Shown: one piece after another, positions 7,553-16,580 of the stretch
Position numbering within the stretch: the first letter of the stretch is position 1
How the letters are laid out: every line of letters begins with the position of its first letter
NCBI GenBank assembly: GCA_964534375.1
Contig: CAZHPN010000122.1
Span: 1-19,317 of the forward strand
Source of the DNA: an uncultured bacterium
GTDB taxonomy: Bacteria; Lernaellota; Lernaellaia; Lernaellales; Lernaellaceae
Reading direction: 5' to 3'
DNA length: 19,317 bases
Position numbers and translations under genes: made by a program
Notes under the pieces: generated by a model
The model's input: only the letters and a program-made list of their open reading frames with translations
What the model was told of the DNA's origin: nothing
Database searches by the model: none

Positions 7553-7723
7553 GACGAACCCTCCGTTTTCGGCGGTCGAACGTTGGCGAAATTTACACGA
7601 TTTCTACGCCCGTCGCCAACTCCGTCGACCGCCCTCGGGAAAACACTTGTCGGATTCATAACTACGCCCGCCGCGTCGCGCCGTCAAGATTGCGGGATTG
7701 CCGGATTGCGGCGGCGGCCGGCG

Positions 7724-8359
7724 CTACCCCGGCCGCCGCGCGACGACCCGCCAGAAGCGGCGATAACGGTCTTCCTGCGGGGCGGCGGCGACATCGCCGA
7801 AGCCGGCGCGGCCGAGCATCTGTCGAACCTCGTCGATCGCGTAGGTCGCCACGCCCGGGCCCGCGAACGGCCGGTGGTCCAGCGCCGCTTTGTCGGTGAA
7901 GACGAGAATCAACGCGCCGCCGGCCGCCATGACGCGCGCGATTTCGGCGAACGCTTGCGGCGCGTCGTCCCAGTAGAAGATCGTGTTGACCGCGCAAACC
8001 TTGTCGAAAGACGCGGGCGGGAACGGCAGCGCTGCGACGTCGGCGCATTCGAGCGACATCGTTCCGCCGCGCACGAGCGCGCGAAACCGGCGGCGGCAGT
8101 GGTTGACGATGGCTGCCGACGCGTCGACGCCGGCGAGGCGGCCGTCGCCGACCGCGCCGGCGATTCTCGCCAACAAATATCCGCCGCCGAAACCGATTTC
8201 CAAGACACGGTCGCCCGCGCACGGCGCCAGCGCGGCGAAGGCGGCGTCGTTCAAGGCGCGATTGCGTCGGTTCCATAGGCGCGGCAGCAGCCAGCCGCCG
8301 GTCAATCCCGACGGGCGTCGCAATTGGGCGGCGACAAAGCGCCAAAAACCGGTCGCCAA
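7724..8359 (-). CDS. Class I SAM-dependent methyltransferase
   Basis: VLEIGFGGG, AGVDAS, LPFPPASFDKVCAVNTIFYW, EIARVMAAGG motifs and N-terminal AAQLRRPSG. TTG at 8359 is preceded by GGAG. Confidence 0.9.
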   Translation of the reverse strand: MATGFWRFVAAQLRRPSGLTGGWLLPRLWNRRNRALNDAAFAALAPCAGDRVLEIGFGGGYLLARIAGAVGDGRLAGVDASAAIVNHCRRRFRALVRGGTMSLECADVAALPFPPASFDKVCAVNTIFYWDDAPQAFAEIARVMAAGGALILVFTDKAALDHRPFAGPGVATYAIDEVRQMLGRAGFGDVAAAPQEDRYRRFWRVVARRPG

Positions 8360-8436
8360 GATAATTCTCCCCAAGCAGCCGCCGGTTGGACGATCGCGTT
8401 TGTCCAAGCGAAACTGCGATGATTGACCCTGCAAGC

Positions 8437-8466
8437 TTGACAAGTTCCGGGCGCGCTGTCCATCAT
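8437..8466 (+). promoter_or_regulatory. Putative sigma70-type promoter for the beta-propeller gene
   Basis: TTGACA-N18-CATCAT in the divergent intergenic region, ~65 bp before the start. Confidence 0.4.
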
Positions 8467-8532
8467 GAATCGCGACCTCGGAAAGGCGGCGCCGGCTCGT
8501 CCACCGCGGTCGTTTTACATAAAGGCGCCGTG

Positions 8533-9507
8533 ATGAAAGACCGCCCGCGTTTCTGCCGTTTCCTGCCGCTGCTCGTCCTGCTCGCCGCGCTGGTCGCCTG
8601 CGGCCACAGTCGCGCTCCGAGCGCGGCGGATGACGATACGTCGCCCGTCGACGACGACGCCAGTCCCGTGTGGTCGGCGATGACGAGCGGGACGACGGCC
8701 TATCTGTACAGCGTTTGGGGCGGCTCGCCCTCGGACGTGTTCGCCGTGGGCGACGCCGGCGCGATCCTGCACTACGACGGCTCCTCGTGGTCGGCGATGG
8801 CGAGCGGGACGACGCTGGCGCTGCGCGGCGTTTGGGAAAGCGCCGCCACAGACGCGTTCGCCGTGGGCGACGCCGGCACGATTCTGCAATACGACGGCGC
8901 CGCATGGACGCCGATGACCAGCCCTACGTCGGAGGCGTTTTACGGCGTCTGGGGCAGCGCCGCCGCCAACGTTTTCGCCGTGGGCGACGCGGGATCGATC
9001 GTGCGCTACCGGGGCGACGCCTGGTCGGTCATGAAGTCGCGGACCACGAATTTTCTGACCGGGATTGGGGGCGTTTCGGCGCTCGACGTGTTCGCCGTGG
9101 GCGACGAGGCGACAATCATGCACTTCGGCGGCTTTTTGTGGGAGGGGATGACGACCAACGCCACGGGGCCGCTGTCCGGCATCTGGGGCAGCTCGCCCAC
9201 GGATTTGTTCGCCGTCGGCTACGCCGGCATGATCCTGCAATACGTTTCCGCGTGGGCGCCGATGACGAGCGGGACGAAGAGCTATCTCTCCGGGGTTTGG
9301 GGAAGCTCCGCGTCGGACGTGTTTGCCGCGGGCTATTTCGGCACGATCTTGCACTATGACGGCTCGTCGTGGTCGGCGATGCCAACGGGGACGACCGATT
9401 CGTTGTCCGCCATCTGGGGCGCCTCGGCCACGGACGTGTTCGCCGTCGGCTGGGGCGGCGCGATTCTGCATTACGGCGGAGCCGCGTCAGTGAACAGTGA
9501 ACAGTGA
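8533..9507 (+). CDS. Lipoprotein with seven ~40-aa WG-containing repeats (beta-propeller)
   Basis: Signal peptide with LVAC lipobox and DDDTSPVDDD linker. Seven repeats of VWGSSxxDVFAVGxxGxILHYDGxxWxxMxSGT. Confidence 0.88.
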   Translation: MKDRPRFCRFLPLLVLLAALVACGHSRAPSAADDDTSPVDDDASPVWSAMTSGTTAYLYSVWGGSPSDVFAVGDAGAILHYDGSSWSAMASGTTLALRGVWESAATDAFAVGDAGTILQYDGAAWTPMTSPTSEAFYGVWGSAAANVFAVGDAGSIVRYRGDAWSVMKSRTTNFLTGIGGVSALDVFAVGDEATIMHFGGFLWEGMTTNATGPLSGIWGSSPTDLFAVGYAGMILQYVSAWAPMTSGTKSYLSGVWGSSASDVFAAGYFGTILHYDGSSWSAMPTGTTDSLSAIWGASATDVFAVGWGGAILHYGGAASVNSEQ

Positions 9508-9556
9508 ACAACGAACAGTGAACAGCGAGCAGCGAACAGCGAACAGCGAACAGTGG
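9488..9556 (+). repeat. Heptamer tandem array (CAGYGAA) x ~10
   Basis: cagtgaa cagtgaa cagtgaa caacgaa cagtgaa cagcgag cagcgaa cagcgaa cagcgaa cagtgg. Confidence 0.92.
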
Positions 9557-9596
9557 CCAAAGTCTGGCGGGAAGGGTGACAGGCAACCCACGCGTC

Positions 9597-9780
9597 GAGA
9601 GCTTCGATAAATGACACGTTTGACCGCCGACCACTGATAGCTGCGAACTTAAGATTTTGGAGGAGCACAAATCGGAATGTTGAATGGCGAATGGAGAATT
9701 GGCGACGCCGCCCGAAATTCGCCATTCGCCATTCGCCATTCGCCATTGCGCGGGGATGCGTTTTTTATCGACAGACTCTA
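9597..9780. mobile_element. MITE-like remnant with IS-type ends and an internal GAATGGC/GCCATTC inverted heptamer array (9675-9747)
   Basis: Right end (reverse complement) tagagtctgtcgataaa; degenerate left end gagagcttcgataaa. A similar end recurs at 19275-19290 (tagagactgtctataaa). Confidence 0.5.
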
Positions 9781-9825
9781 TAAGACCAGCACGCGCGGCT
9801 GTGCCGAAAATTTTTGGGCAGCGCG

Positions 9826-10383
9826 TTACGTTATTCTTTTCCGTCTGCGGCGCACCAGGACGATCGCGAGCGCGAGTGCGGCGACGGCCGCCAAGAACAC
9901 CATCTGAACTTTGTTGACCCCGCCCAGCAAATCCTGAATCCGGGGACCGAAGAAATAGCCAAACAGCGTCACGACCGGCGCCCAGATCGCCGAACCGAGC
10001 AGGTTCAGCGGCGCGAAACGGCGAACAGGGATGCCGCTCAGGCCGACAGCCACCGGCGTCGTGACGCGCAGACCGTAAAAAAAACGAAAACCGATCATCA
10101 AGGGAATCGCCGCGCGCCCCAGCGCCGCCTGCACGCGCTCGACCCGCGCGCGCCAGACCGGCCGGTTTTCCAGCAACCGCGGCCCCTGCCAACGGCCTAG
10201 CCAATAGAACGTTTGGTCGCCGGCAAACGCGCAGGCGAACGCGATCGGCAGCACCAATTCGAGCCGCAAGTAGCCGCGCTGCGCCGCGTACCCCGCGAGC
10301 GCCAGTACGGCCGGCAGATCGACCGCGCAACCGGCCGCCACCGCCCAATAGCCATACGTCTGGACCGCGTAGTCAAGCGTCAT
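9826..10383 (-). CDS. DedA family membrane protein
   Basis: YGYWAV, LALAGYAA, AFAGDQTFYWLGRWQG, IGFRFFYGLR, RFAPLNLLGSAIWA motifs. Alternative ATG at 10392. Confidence 0.93.
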   Translation of the reverse strand: MTLDYAVQTYGYWAVAAGCAVDLPAVLALAGYAAQRGYLRLELVLPIAFACAFAGDQTFYWLGRWQGPRLLENRPVWRARVERVQAALGRAAIPLMIGFRFFYGLRVTTPVAVGLSGIPVRRFAPLNLLGSAIWAPVVTLFGYFFGPRIQDLLGGVNKVQMVFLAAVAALALAIVLVRRRRKRIT

Positions 10384-10806
10384 CGCGAACATCCACCGTC
10401 AAACGGACCGGCTTATGATTGAGACAACGCGCGCCAGTCTGGCAGGCGCGGGCGGCTTCGGCAAGAGAAGAACAGTGAACAGCGAACGGCGCCTGCAAGA
10501 GTCGCTTTCTTTGCGTGTGCCCAGGCGATTCCGTAGGCTTGCGGGCCACTGACAACCTCGTGGTCCGCTGCGTAAATTCAGGTCCGCCCGCCAAGGGGGC
10601 GTCCGGCCGCCCCTCCCTGCGGCGGGGAGGGGCGCGGCCACGCTGGACGTGGCCGGGGGAGGGGTCTGCGCGACCCGCGGAGCAATGGACGCGTATTTAC
10701 GCAAAATGCTCGAACCGCGAACAAGGAACGACAGGTCTGCACGGGTCGCGGTTCGAGGCAGGCCGGTCGTTCTTCGTCGTTTATTGCCCAACGGCGGCAA
10801 AATATC

Positions 10807-10835
10807 TTGACAACTCAAAACCGCCAGCGTATCGA
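10807..10835 (+). promoter_or_regulatory. Putative sigma70-type promoter for the FadL-like gene
   Basis: TTGACA-N17-TATCGA in an AT-richer patch upstream of the signal-peptide region. Confidence 0.35.
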
Positions 10836-10973
10836 GTTAATCAAGAGCAGCCTTTCCGGAACTTTCCAAAGGGCAACGTCACGCAAGACAGGCACGCGAT
10901 TGCCGCGTTTGGGCGCACGACGCGCGAGCCGTCGTCGCGCGGTCGGGGCGCCGCGCGGCGGATCGCCATTTTC

Positions 10974-12209
10974 GTGTTGTTGTGCGGCGCGATGCCGCCC
11001 GCGGCGGCGCACGCCGGTCTGGGCACGATTCCGTATATGTATGGTTTCGGCGCGCGCGGCGCGGCGCTGGGCCAGGCGTACACGGCCTTGCCGGACGACG
11101 CCTCGACCGCGTTTTTCAACCCGGCGGCGATGGCGGCGATGGCCGAATCGCAGATCGCCTTGAGCTATCTGTACGCGCGGCCGGAATTCCAAGGCGGGCC
11201 GGTCGGCGACCTGCGGCGGTTCCGCGAAGCGAACAACCCATTCGAATTCAACCTGGCGCAGAAGCTTAACAAGTTGTTCAAGACGGACTGGGACCTCGCG
11301 CTCGGCGTCGCCCTGGCGCTCGACGACGGGGGCTGCGCGTTCATTCGTTTCGCGGATTCGGCGAACCGCTACGGCACGTTTTATCGCTACGGCCCGGCCT
11401 CCTTCACCTTGAGCAACGCGCTCGGCTGGCGGATCCAGCCGTGGATGTACATGGGCGCTGGCGTGCTGACGATGCTGCATTCGGAGTCGACGTCGGTCGC
11501 CCAAACCGACCTCAACGGTCATACGGCGCACCAGAACATCACCCTGAACGCCAACGTCGCGCTCGCGCCGATCGCCTCGTTGTTTTTCCGCACCGGCCCG
11601 GCGGACCTCGGCGTCGCGTACCACGGCTCGGCCTGCGGCATCTTCGGCCCGATCAACGACAACACGGTCGTCACCGTCGGCGGCGCCACGCTCGCCGCGA
11701 TTCCGATGGTGCTCAAATACAAAGACACCTTTCTGCCGCAGCGCGTGAGCCTCGGCGTGTTTTGGCGCATCGCGCCCTGGGTGAGCGCCGCGGCGGACGG
11801 CGTGTGGTGGAACTGGGGCGCGTTCAACAAGGCGATCCGGCGCAACGACGAGCCGCGGCAGAACCTGGGCCTCGATTTTCACGACACGTACGTGCCGCAC
11901 CTGGGCGTGGAATTCACGCCCCTGCCCGGCTTCAATGTCCGCGCCGGCTACGGTTACGAGCAAACGCCCGTTTCCCAGGGCGGGTCGAGCGCCAACATGA
12001 TACTCGACAACTCGAAGCACATCGGCGGCCTCGGCCTGGGCTACACGCTGCGGGACTCCAGCGTCATGCGGTATCCGGTGAGCTTCGACGCGTCGTATTT
12101 CCTGCAATATCTCGTCAAACGCACCGCGGTCTCCACCGACGGCGTAAAATACGAGAGCTTCGGCGCGCTCAACGGCGTGATCGGCACGTTGACGCTTCGC
12201 TATCAGTGA
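10974..12209 (+). CDS. OmpP1/FadL/TodX family outer-membrane protein (start uncertain)
   Basis: AHA signal cleavage site, GARGAALGQAYTALPDDASTAFFNPAAM hatch motif, LRAGY-like VRAGYGYEQTPV, and a C-terminal beta strand ending LRYQ. Confidence 0.85.
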   Translation: MLLCGAMPPAAAHAGLGTIPYMYGFGARGAALGQAYTALPDDASTAFFNPAAMAAMAESQIALSYLYARPEFQGGPVGDLRRFREANNPFEFNLAQKLNKLFKTDWDLALGVALALDDGGCAFIRFADSANRYGTFYRYGPASFTLSNALGWRIQPWMYMGAGVLTMLHSESTSVAQTDLNGHTAHQNITLNANVALAPIASLFFRTGPADLGVAYHGSACGIFGPINDNTVVTVGGATLAAIPMVLKYKDTFLPQRVSLGVFWRIAPWVSAAADGVWWNWGAFNKAIRRNDEPRQNLGLDFHDTYVPHLGVEFTPLPGFNVRAGYGYEQTPVSQGGSSANMILDNSKHIGGLGLGYTLRDSSVMRYPVSFDASYFLQYLVKRTAVSTDGVKYESFGALNGVIGTLTLRYQ

Positions 12210-12506
12210 ACAGCGAACAGCGAACAGTGAACAATGAACAGTGAACAGTGAACAGTGAGTGGGGCGACCCGTCCGCGCGCAGAGCGGGTCGCGCGGGTTC
12301 GCGGGCGGCGAGAGCATAGGTCCCATAGGTCCAATAGGTCCAATAGGCCCTATACGTCCCATGCGTCCCACAGGTCCCATAGCGACTGCCGATTTTCTCC
12401 GTAAACCACACAACGCAAAAACGTGTTTTTTCAATTGGCAATAATTCCTTCCTTGCACTTCTTCATTTTTCACTGTTCACTGTTCATTGTTCACTGTTCA
12501 CTGTTC
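12204..12506. repeat. Nested repeat element: (CAGYGAA)x8 ... inner 9-mer array (CATAGGTCC-like x7, 12315-12381) ... inverted (TTCACTG)x~6
   Basis: 12204-12259 and 12462-12506 are inverted heptamer arrays. A hairpin gcgacccg/cgggtcgc and the 9-mer array lie between them. Confidence 0.9.
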
Positions 12507-12518
12507 CGGAGCGGCCCG

Positions 12519-13514
12519 ATGCCGAACATGAAGATCACCGGCGCCGGCATGTACGTGCCGGAGCGGGTCGTCACCAACGACGACCTGGCGATCTTGATGG
12601 ACACGAGCGACGCGTGGATCGTGCGGCGCACCGGCGTCCGGCAGCGCCGCTACTGCCCCGAGGGCCTGTCGGGCGCGGACATGGCCGAGAAGGCCTTCGT
12701 GGGCGCGTTGGCGCAGGCGCAGATCGAGAAGAGCGCGATCGAAGCGATCATTTCGGCGACGCTCAGCCCGGATCACCTTTCCCCCGGCATGGCCAGTTTC
12801 ATTCAAGACAAACTCGGCCTCAACGGCTGCGCGGTGCTGGACATTCGCAACCAGTGCACCGGTTTCTTGTACTCGCTCGCGGTGGCCGACGCGTGGATCA
12901 AGACGGGCTTGTACCGAACGATTCTGCTCACCGGCACGGAGATTCATTCGACCGCGCTCGATTACTCGACGCGCGGCCGCGAGGTGACCGTTCTCTTCGG
13001 CGACGGCGCGGGCGTGATGATCGCCGAGGCGACCGACGAACCGGGCCGGGGCGTGCTCGCGCTCGACTTGCACGGCGACGGCAAGTACGCCGACGCGCTG
13101 TGGATCGAGGCGAGCGGCCACCGCTTCCACCCGCGGGTGACGCACAAGATGATCGAGGAGCCGCGCTTTTACCCGCAAATGCACGGCCGGCTGGTCTACC
13201 TGCACGCGGTGCGGCGCATGCCGGAAACGATGCAAACGTGCTGCGCCAAGGCCGGCGTCAACGTCGCGGACGTCGACTTTTGGATCCTGCACCAGGCGAA
13301 TTTGCGCATCAACGAATTCGTCTGCGAGAGCCTGGGCATTCCGCCGGAAAAATCGTGGAACAACATCGACAAATACGGCAACACGACCGCGGCCACCCTG
13401 CCCCTCGTGCTCTGCGAAGCGCAACAAAAGAAGTTGATCGAGCCGGGGATGCTTGTCGGTTTCGCCGCTTTCGGCGCCGGGTTTACCTGGGGCGCGCTGC
13501 TCATGCGCTGGTGA
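12519..13514 (+). CDS. fabH: Beta-ketoacyl-ACP synthase III (FabH-like)
   Basis: DTSDAWIVRRTG, Cys in DIRNQCTGF, LFGDGAG, His in HQANLRI, Asn in YGNTTAA, FGAGFTWG. GGAG SD precedes ATG 12519. Confidence 0.93.
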   Translation: MPNMKITGAGMYVPERVVTNDDLAILMDTSDAWIVRRTGVRQRRYCPEGLSGADMAEKAFVGALAQAQIEKSAIEAIISATLSPDHLSPGMASFIQDKLGLNGCAVLDIRNQCTGFLYSLAVADAWIKTGLYRTILLTGTEIHSTALDYSTRGREVTVLFGDGAGVMIAEATDEPGRGVLALDLHGDGKYADALWIEASGHRFHPRVTHKMIEEPRFYPQMHGRLVYLHAVRRMPETMQTCCAKAGVNVADVDFWILHQANLRINEFVCESLGIPPEKSWNNIDKYGNTTAATLPLVLCEAQQKKLIEPGMLVGFAAFGAGFTWGALLMRW

Positions 13515-13526
13515 CGAAACCGTGCA

Positions 13527-13589
13527 GCCGCAGATTGCGCGGATTTACGCAGATGCAGGGGCCAAGGGCTGCGCTGCGCAATCTGCAGC
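13527..13589. repeat. CGCAGAT-type inverted repeat between convergent genes (possible bidirectional terminator)
   Basis: gccgcagattgcgcgg ... ctgcgcaatctgcagc, followed by an A-tract. Confidence 0.55.
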
Positions 13590-13597
13590 AAAAAATC

Positions 13598-15436
13598 TTA
13601 CGTTGCGGCCGCCGGCGGCGCGATGTCTTCCGCCGGCAGATCGACGTGAAATTGCGTGCGGACCTCGTCGCTCTCGACGGTCAGCGAACCGCCGTGCTCG
13701 GCGACGATGCCATAGCTGACGGACAGCCCGAGGCCGGCGACGCGATCGCGCGGTTTGGTGGTGAAAAACGGATCGAAGATCCGGTCGATGATCTCCGGCG
13801 GGATCGCCGGGCCATGGTTCTCGACGGTCAGGCGCACCCACGGCTTGCCGTCCTTGGCGAAACGGGCCCCCGCGATCGTGAGCGTTTTGTCCGCGTCGAC
13901 TCCGGGGTAACGTTCGTTGAGCGCGTCGCGGGCATTGGTCAGCAGATTCATCAGCACCTGCTGAATTTGCTGCTGGCGGCAGCAAATTCGCGGCAGGTCG
14001 TCCGGAATGGCGATCGTCAACTCGATCTTGTCCTGGCGCAGCGCCGCCGCCGTCAACGTCAACGTGTCATCCACAATGTCGATCAGGCGCGCCGGGCTGC
14101 AGGCTGACGTTTCGTCGCGCGCAAACGCGAGGAGATTCTGCACGATTTGCGCCACCCGCATCGTTTCCATGACGATGCGCTCGGCGTAGTCGGTCAGGCG
14201 ATCGTTGTCCGACGCGCGAATCTTGATCAGTTCCGCGAAATTCAAGATGCCCGTGAGCGGATTGTTGATTTCGTGCGCGACGCCGGAGGCCAAGGTGCCG
14301 AGCGACTCGAGCTTCTGCTGATGGCGCAATTGGGCCTCGAGCAGGATCTTCTCTTCCTCGGCCCGCTTGCGCTCGGTGACGTCCCAGCAGACGCCGGTCA
14401 TCGACGCGGCGCGGCCGGCGTGGTCATAGGAAACGTCGCCGCGCGCCACGATGTGGTGCACGCTGCCGTCCGGCCAGACCGCGCGGTACTCGGTTTCGTA
14501 CGCGGCGCCCTGCTCGACCGCTCGCGCCAGCGCGGCCTCGACTTCGGCGCGGTCGTCGGGGCTCATGACCTTGAAAAAATCTTCCGCCTCGCCGGAATAT
14601 GTGCCCGGCTCGAATCCGAGCAGGCGATGGGTCTGGTCGTCCCAAAAGCGCTTGTTGTTGATGATATCCCATTCGAAGGCGCCCATTTGCGCGGACGCCA
14701 ACGCCAGGTTGAGACGGTCGCGGCTGCGGCGCAAATCCTCTTCCGCGCGGCGGCGTTCCTCGCTGTTCTGCCGCAGCGCCGCTTCCGTGCGGTCGAGCGA
14801 ACCGCGAATGCGCCAAACCAGAAAGGTGCAGGCGATCAGCACGAGCAGATAATTCACGGACTGGCCGACGATCATGCGCCAATCGAGAAAGACGCTGAAC
14901 AATTTTTCGCGCTCGGTGAACAGCGGCGCGTACGCGACAACGCGCTTGAATTCCAACAGGACCAACAACGCCCACAGGAGATTGCCGAAGACGAAGAACA
15001 AGGCAAATTCCCGCGGACGCAGAAACCAGGCGACCACCAGCAGAATGGCCAGTACGAGCATTTCGTGCAGCGAATTCTGGCTGCCCATCAGGTGCGCGTG
15101 GATGATGCTGACAAACAGCAGCCCAGCGATCACCGCGGTCATCAAGCGGTAGGTTTCCTTGTCGGGCGCGCCAGTTTGCGGCCGGCGATGGAAGCGCCGC
15201 ACCGTATAGGCCAGAAAGGCCACGGTGGCGACGCTGAGCAGGATCGAAAACACGAACACCGGCCGTTCAAGAAAGCCGCGATTATCCATAAAGAAGAGCA
15301 CGCCGCACTGGGCGAGGATATAGAGCACCAGCAGGCCCGCCAGCACCGAGACGCCGTTCATGAACACGAATTCGCGCGCGACGGGTTCCGTGTCTTGCCG
15401 GCGGGGCGATTCTTCGCTGATATTCGGACCGGGCAT
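13598..15436 (-). CDS. Membrane-bound PAS/PAC sensor histidine kinase (NtrB-like)
   Basis: About 5-6 TM segments, PAS/PAC (GAFEWDI...WPDGSVHHI...DVTERK), H-box GVAHEINNPL, QVLMNLLTNARDA, IFDPFFTTK, GLGLSVSYGIV. GGAGGA SD precedes ATG 15436. Confidence 0.94.
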   Translation of the reverse strand: MPGPNISEESPRRQDTEPVAREFVFMNGVSVLAGLLVLYILAQCGVLFFMDNRGFLERPVFVFSILLSVATVAFLAYTVRRFHRRPQTGAPDKETYRLMTAVIAGLLFVSIIHAHLMGSQNSLHEMLVLAILLVVAWFLRPREFALFFVFGNLLWALLVLLEFKRVVAYAPLFTEREKLFSVFLDWRMIVGQSVNYLLVLIACTFLVWRIRGSLDRTEAALRQNSEERRRAEEDLRRSRDRLNLALASAQMGAFEWDIINNKRFWDDQTHRLLGFEPGTYSGEAEDFFKVMSPDDRAEVEAALARAVEQGAAYETEYRAVWPDGSVHHIVARGDVSYDHAGRAASMTGVCWDVTERKRAEEEKILLEAQLRHQQKLESLGTLASGVAHEINNPLTGILNFAELIKIRASDNDRLTDYAERIVMETMRVAQIVQNLLAFARDETSACSPARLIDIVDDTLTLTAAALRQDKIELTIAIPDDLPRICCRQQQIQQVLMNLLTNARDALNERYPGVDADKTLTIAGARFAKDGKPWVRLTVENHGPAIPPEIIDRIFDPFFTTKPRDRVAGLGLSVSYGIVAEHGGSLTVESDEVRTQFHVDLPAEDIAPPAAAT

Positions 15437-15544
15437 CCGTTCCTCCGGGGCGACAAGCGCTGCGGTCGCGTCGTTCTTCCGGGCGGCGCTACGTGGCAGC
15501 GGCGCCGCCAAGAAATTTTCGGGGCATCGGCGATCGACCGCGGC

Positions 15545-15955
15545 TCACGGCCGGATGATCCCTTTGACGGTCTGGAAGTTCTTCTCCGACGCGTCCTTGT
15601 ACTCTTTGATATGTTCCTTGACGCGTTCGATCAGCCGGTCGTGCTGTGTCTGGGTGATCGCTCTGTGCGCGTCGGTGACGATGCGCTGCTCGCCCTCGCC
15701 GTTCGGATCCCATTTGCCCTTCGCCTCGTTGCAGTGTTTGCAGGCGAGCGTGGCGTTGAACGGATCGGCGTAGCGGTTCCGGTATTTCCACGTGGGCAGG
15801 ATGTGTTCCGTGAAGCCGGTGAAATACGCGGTCGCGTTGGCCAGCATGTCGGCGCCGCAATAGGCGCACTTTCCCTCCGTCCTGATCCAGGCGGCGGCGC
15901 TGATCTTCGGCCATTTCAACTCCGCCAGTTTTTCGATCTTCTCCGTGTCTTTCAT
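15545..15955 (-). CDS. HNH endonuclease domain protein
   Basis: GKCAYCG...EHILP...N...ACKHCNEAKG; AAGGAGGA SD. Confidence 0.85.
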   Translation of the reverse strand: MKDTEKIEKLAELKWPKISAAAWIRTEGKCAYCGADMLANATAYFTGFTEHILPTWKYRNRYADPFNATLACKHCNEAKGKWDPNGEGEQRIVTDAHRAITQTQHDRLIERVKEHIKEYKDASEKNFQTVKGIIRP

Positions 15956-16196
15956 GGGGAATCCTCCTTAAGCCCTTGTTGACGCGGGCACACGATGGAT
16001 CGGGTCGCCCCCGCGCCGGCGCTGGCGCGAACTGCGGTCTTCTTTGATCCAGCCCCGATTTTTGGGCGGCGACGGCCGGGCTTGAGTCCTCTCACGGCCC
16101 TATTCTATTGAACCCGCGCCATGATTGGAAGAAAAAAATCGCGGCCACCGCGCTCGCCAAAACGGCGAGCGGGCGACCGCCGGAAGCGGAAGGCGC

Positions 16197-16580
16197 CTAC
16201 TCGGTCGCGGTGACGCGCAACTGCGGCGGCCGCCGGTGCGCCGGATACGTGGACGCCAGCGCGGCTTCGCGGCCCACCCGAACGCCAGCCGTCTGCAGTG
16301 TCGCCGCGCTCGGCGCGCGGCCCGGCCGCGGACGAAGTCGCGCATCCGTCGCGGGAGCGTCGTCGACCGCGCTGGCGGCGGCCGACCCGCCGGCGGCCGG
16401 TTTCCGGTAGAATCGCGCCTCGCCCGGCGCTTCCGCCGCCTTCTTGTCGATAAATTCCTGGAAACGCTCGCCGTCTTCGCTGCGGCGTTTGGCTTCGGCC
16501 GATTCGCTCAGCCGCCGCATCGCGGCCAAGCCGATCAAGATCGCTGTGGCCACGGCCACATTCATTGCGAGATTCAGCAT
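16197..16580 (-). CDS. Hypothetical protein with N-terminal membrane anchor
   Basis: AAAGGAGA SD before ATG 16580, one hydrophobic helix, then a charged Ala/Arg-rich tail. No recognised domain. Confidence 0.55.
   Translation of the reverse strand: MLNLAMNVAVATAILIGLAAMRRLSESAEAKRRSEDGERFQEFIDKKAAEAPGEARFYRKPAAGGSAAASAVDDAPATDARLRPRPGRAPSAATLQTAGVRVGREAALASTYPAHRRPPQLRVTATE

Noticed and set aside
6287..8278. Long shadow ORFs (6287-8278, 10815-12473, 12614-14107, 14147-15982, 3531-4505 and others)
   Set aside because: Antisense or alternate-frame products of GC-rich real genes, with no domain motifs.
8360..8905. Long N-terminal extension of the methyltransferase ORF
   Set aside because: Arg-rich antisense overlap with the beta-propeller gene.
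9488..9556. AAC-rich array as a DGR template repeat
   Set aside because: Strict 7-nt period and no alignment to any DUF1566 or FGE 3' end.
12423..12518. N-terminal extension of FabH (HCSLFIVHCSLF)
   Set aside because: It is a translation of the TTCACTG array; the SD and family start support 12519.
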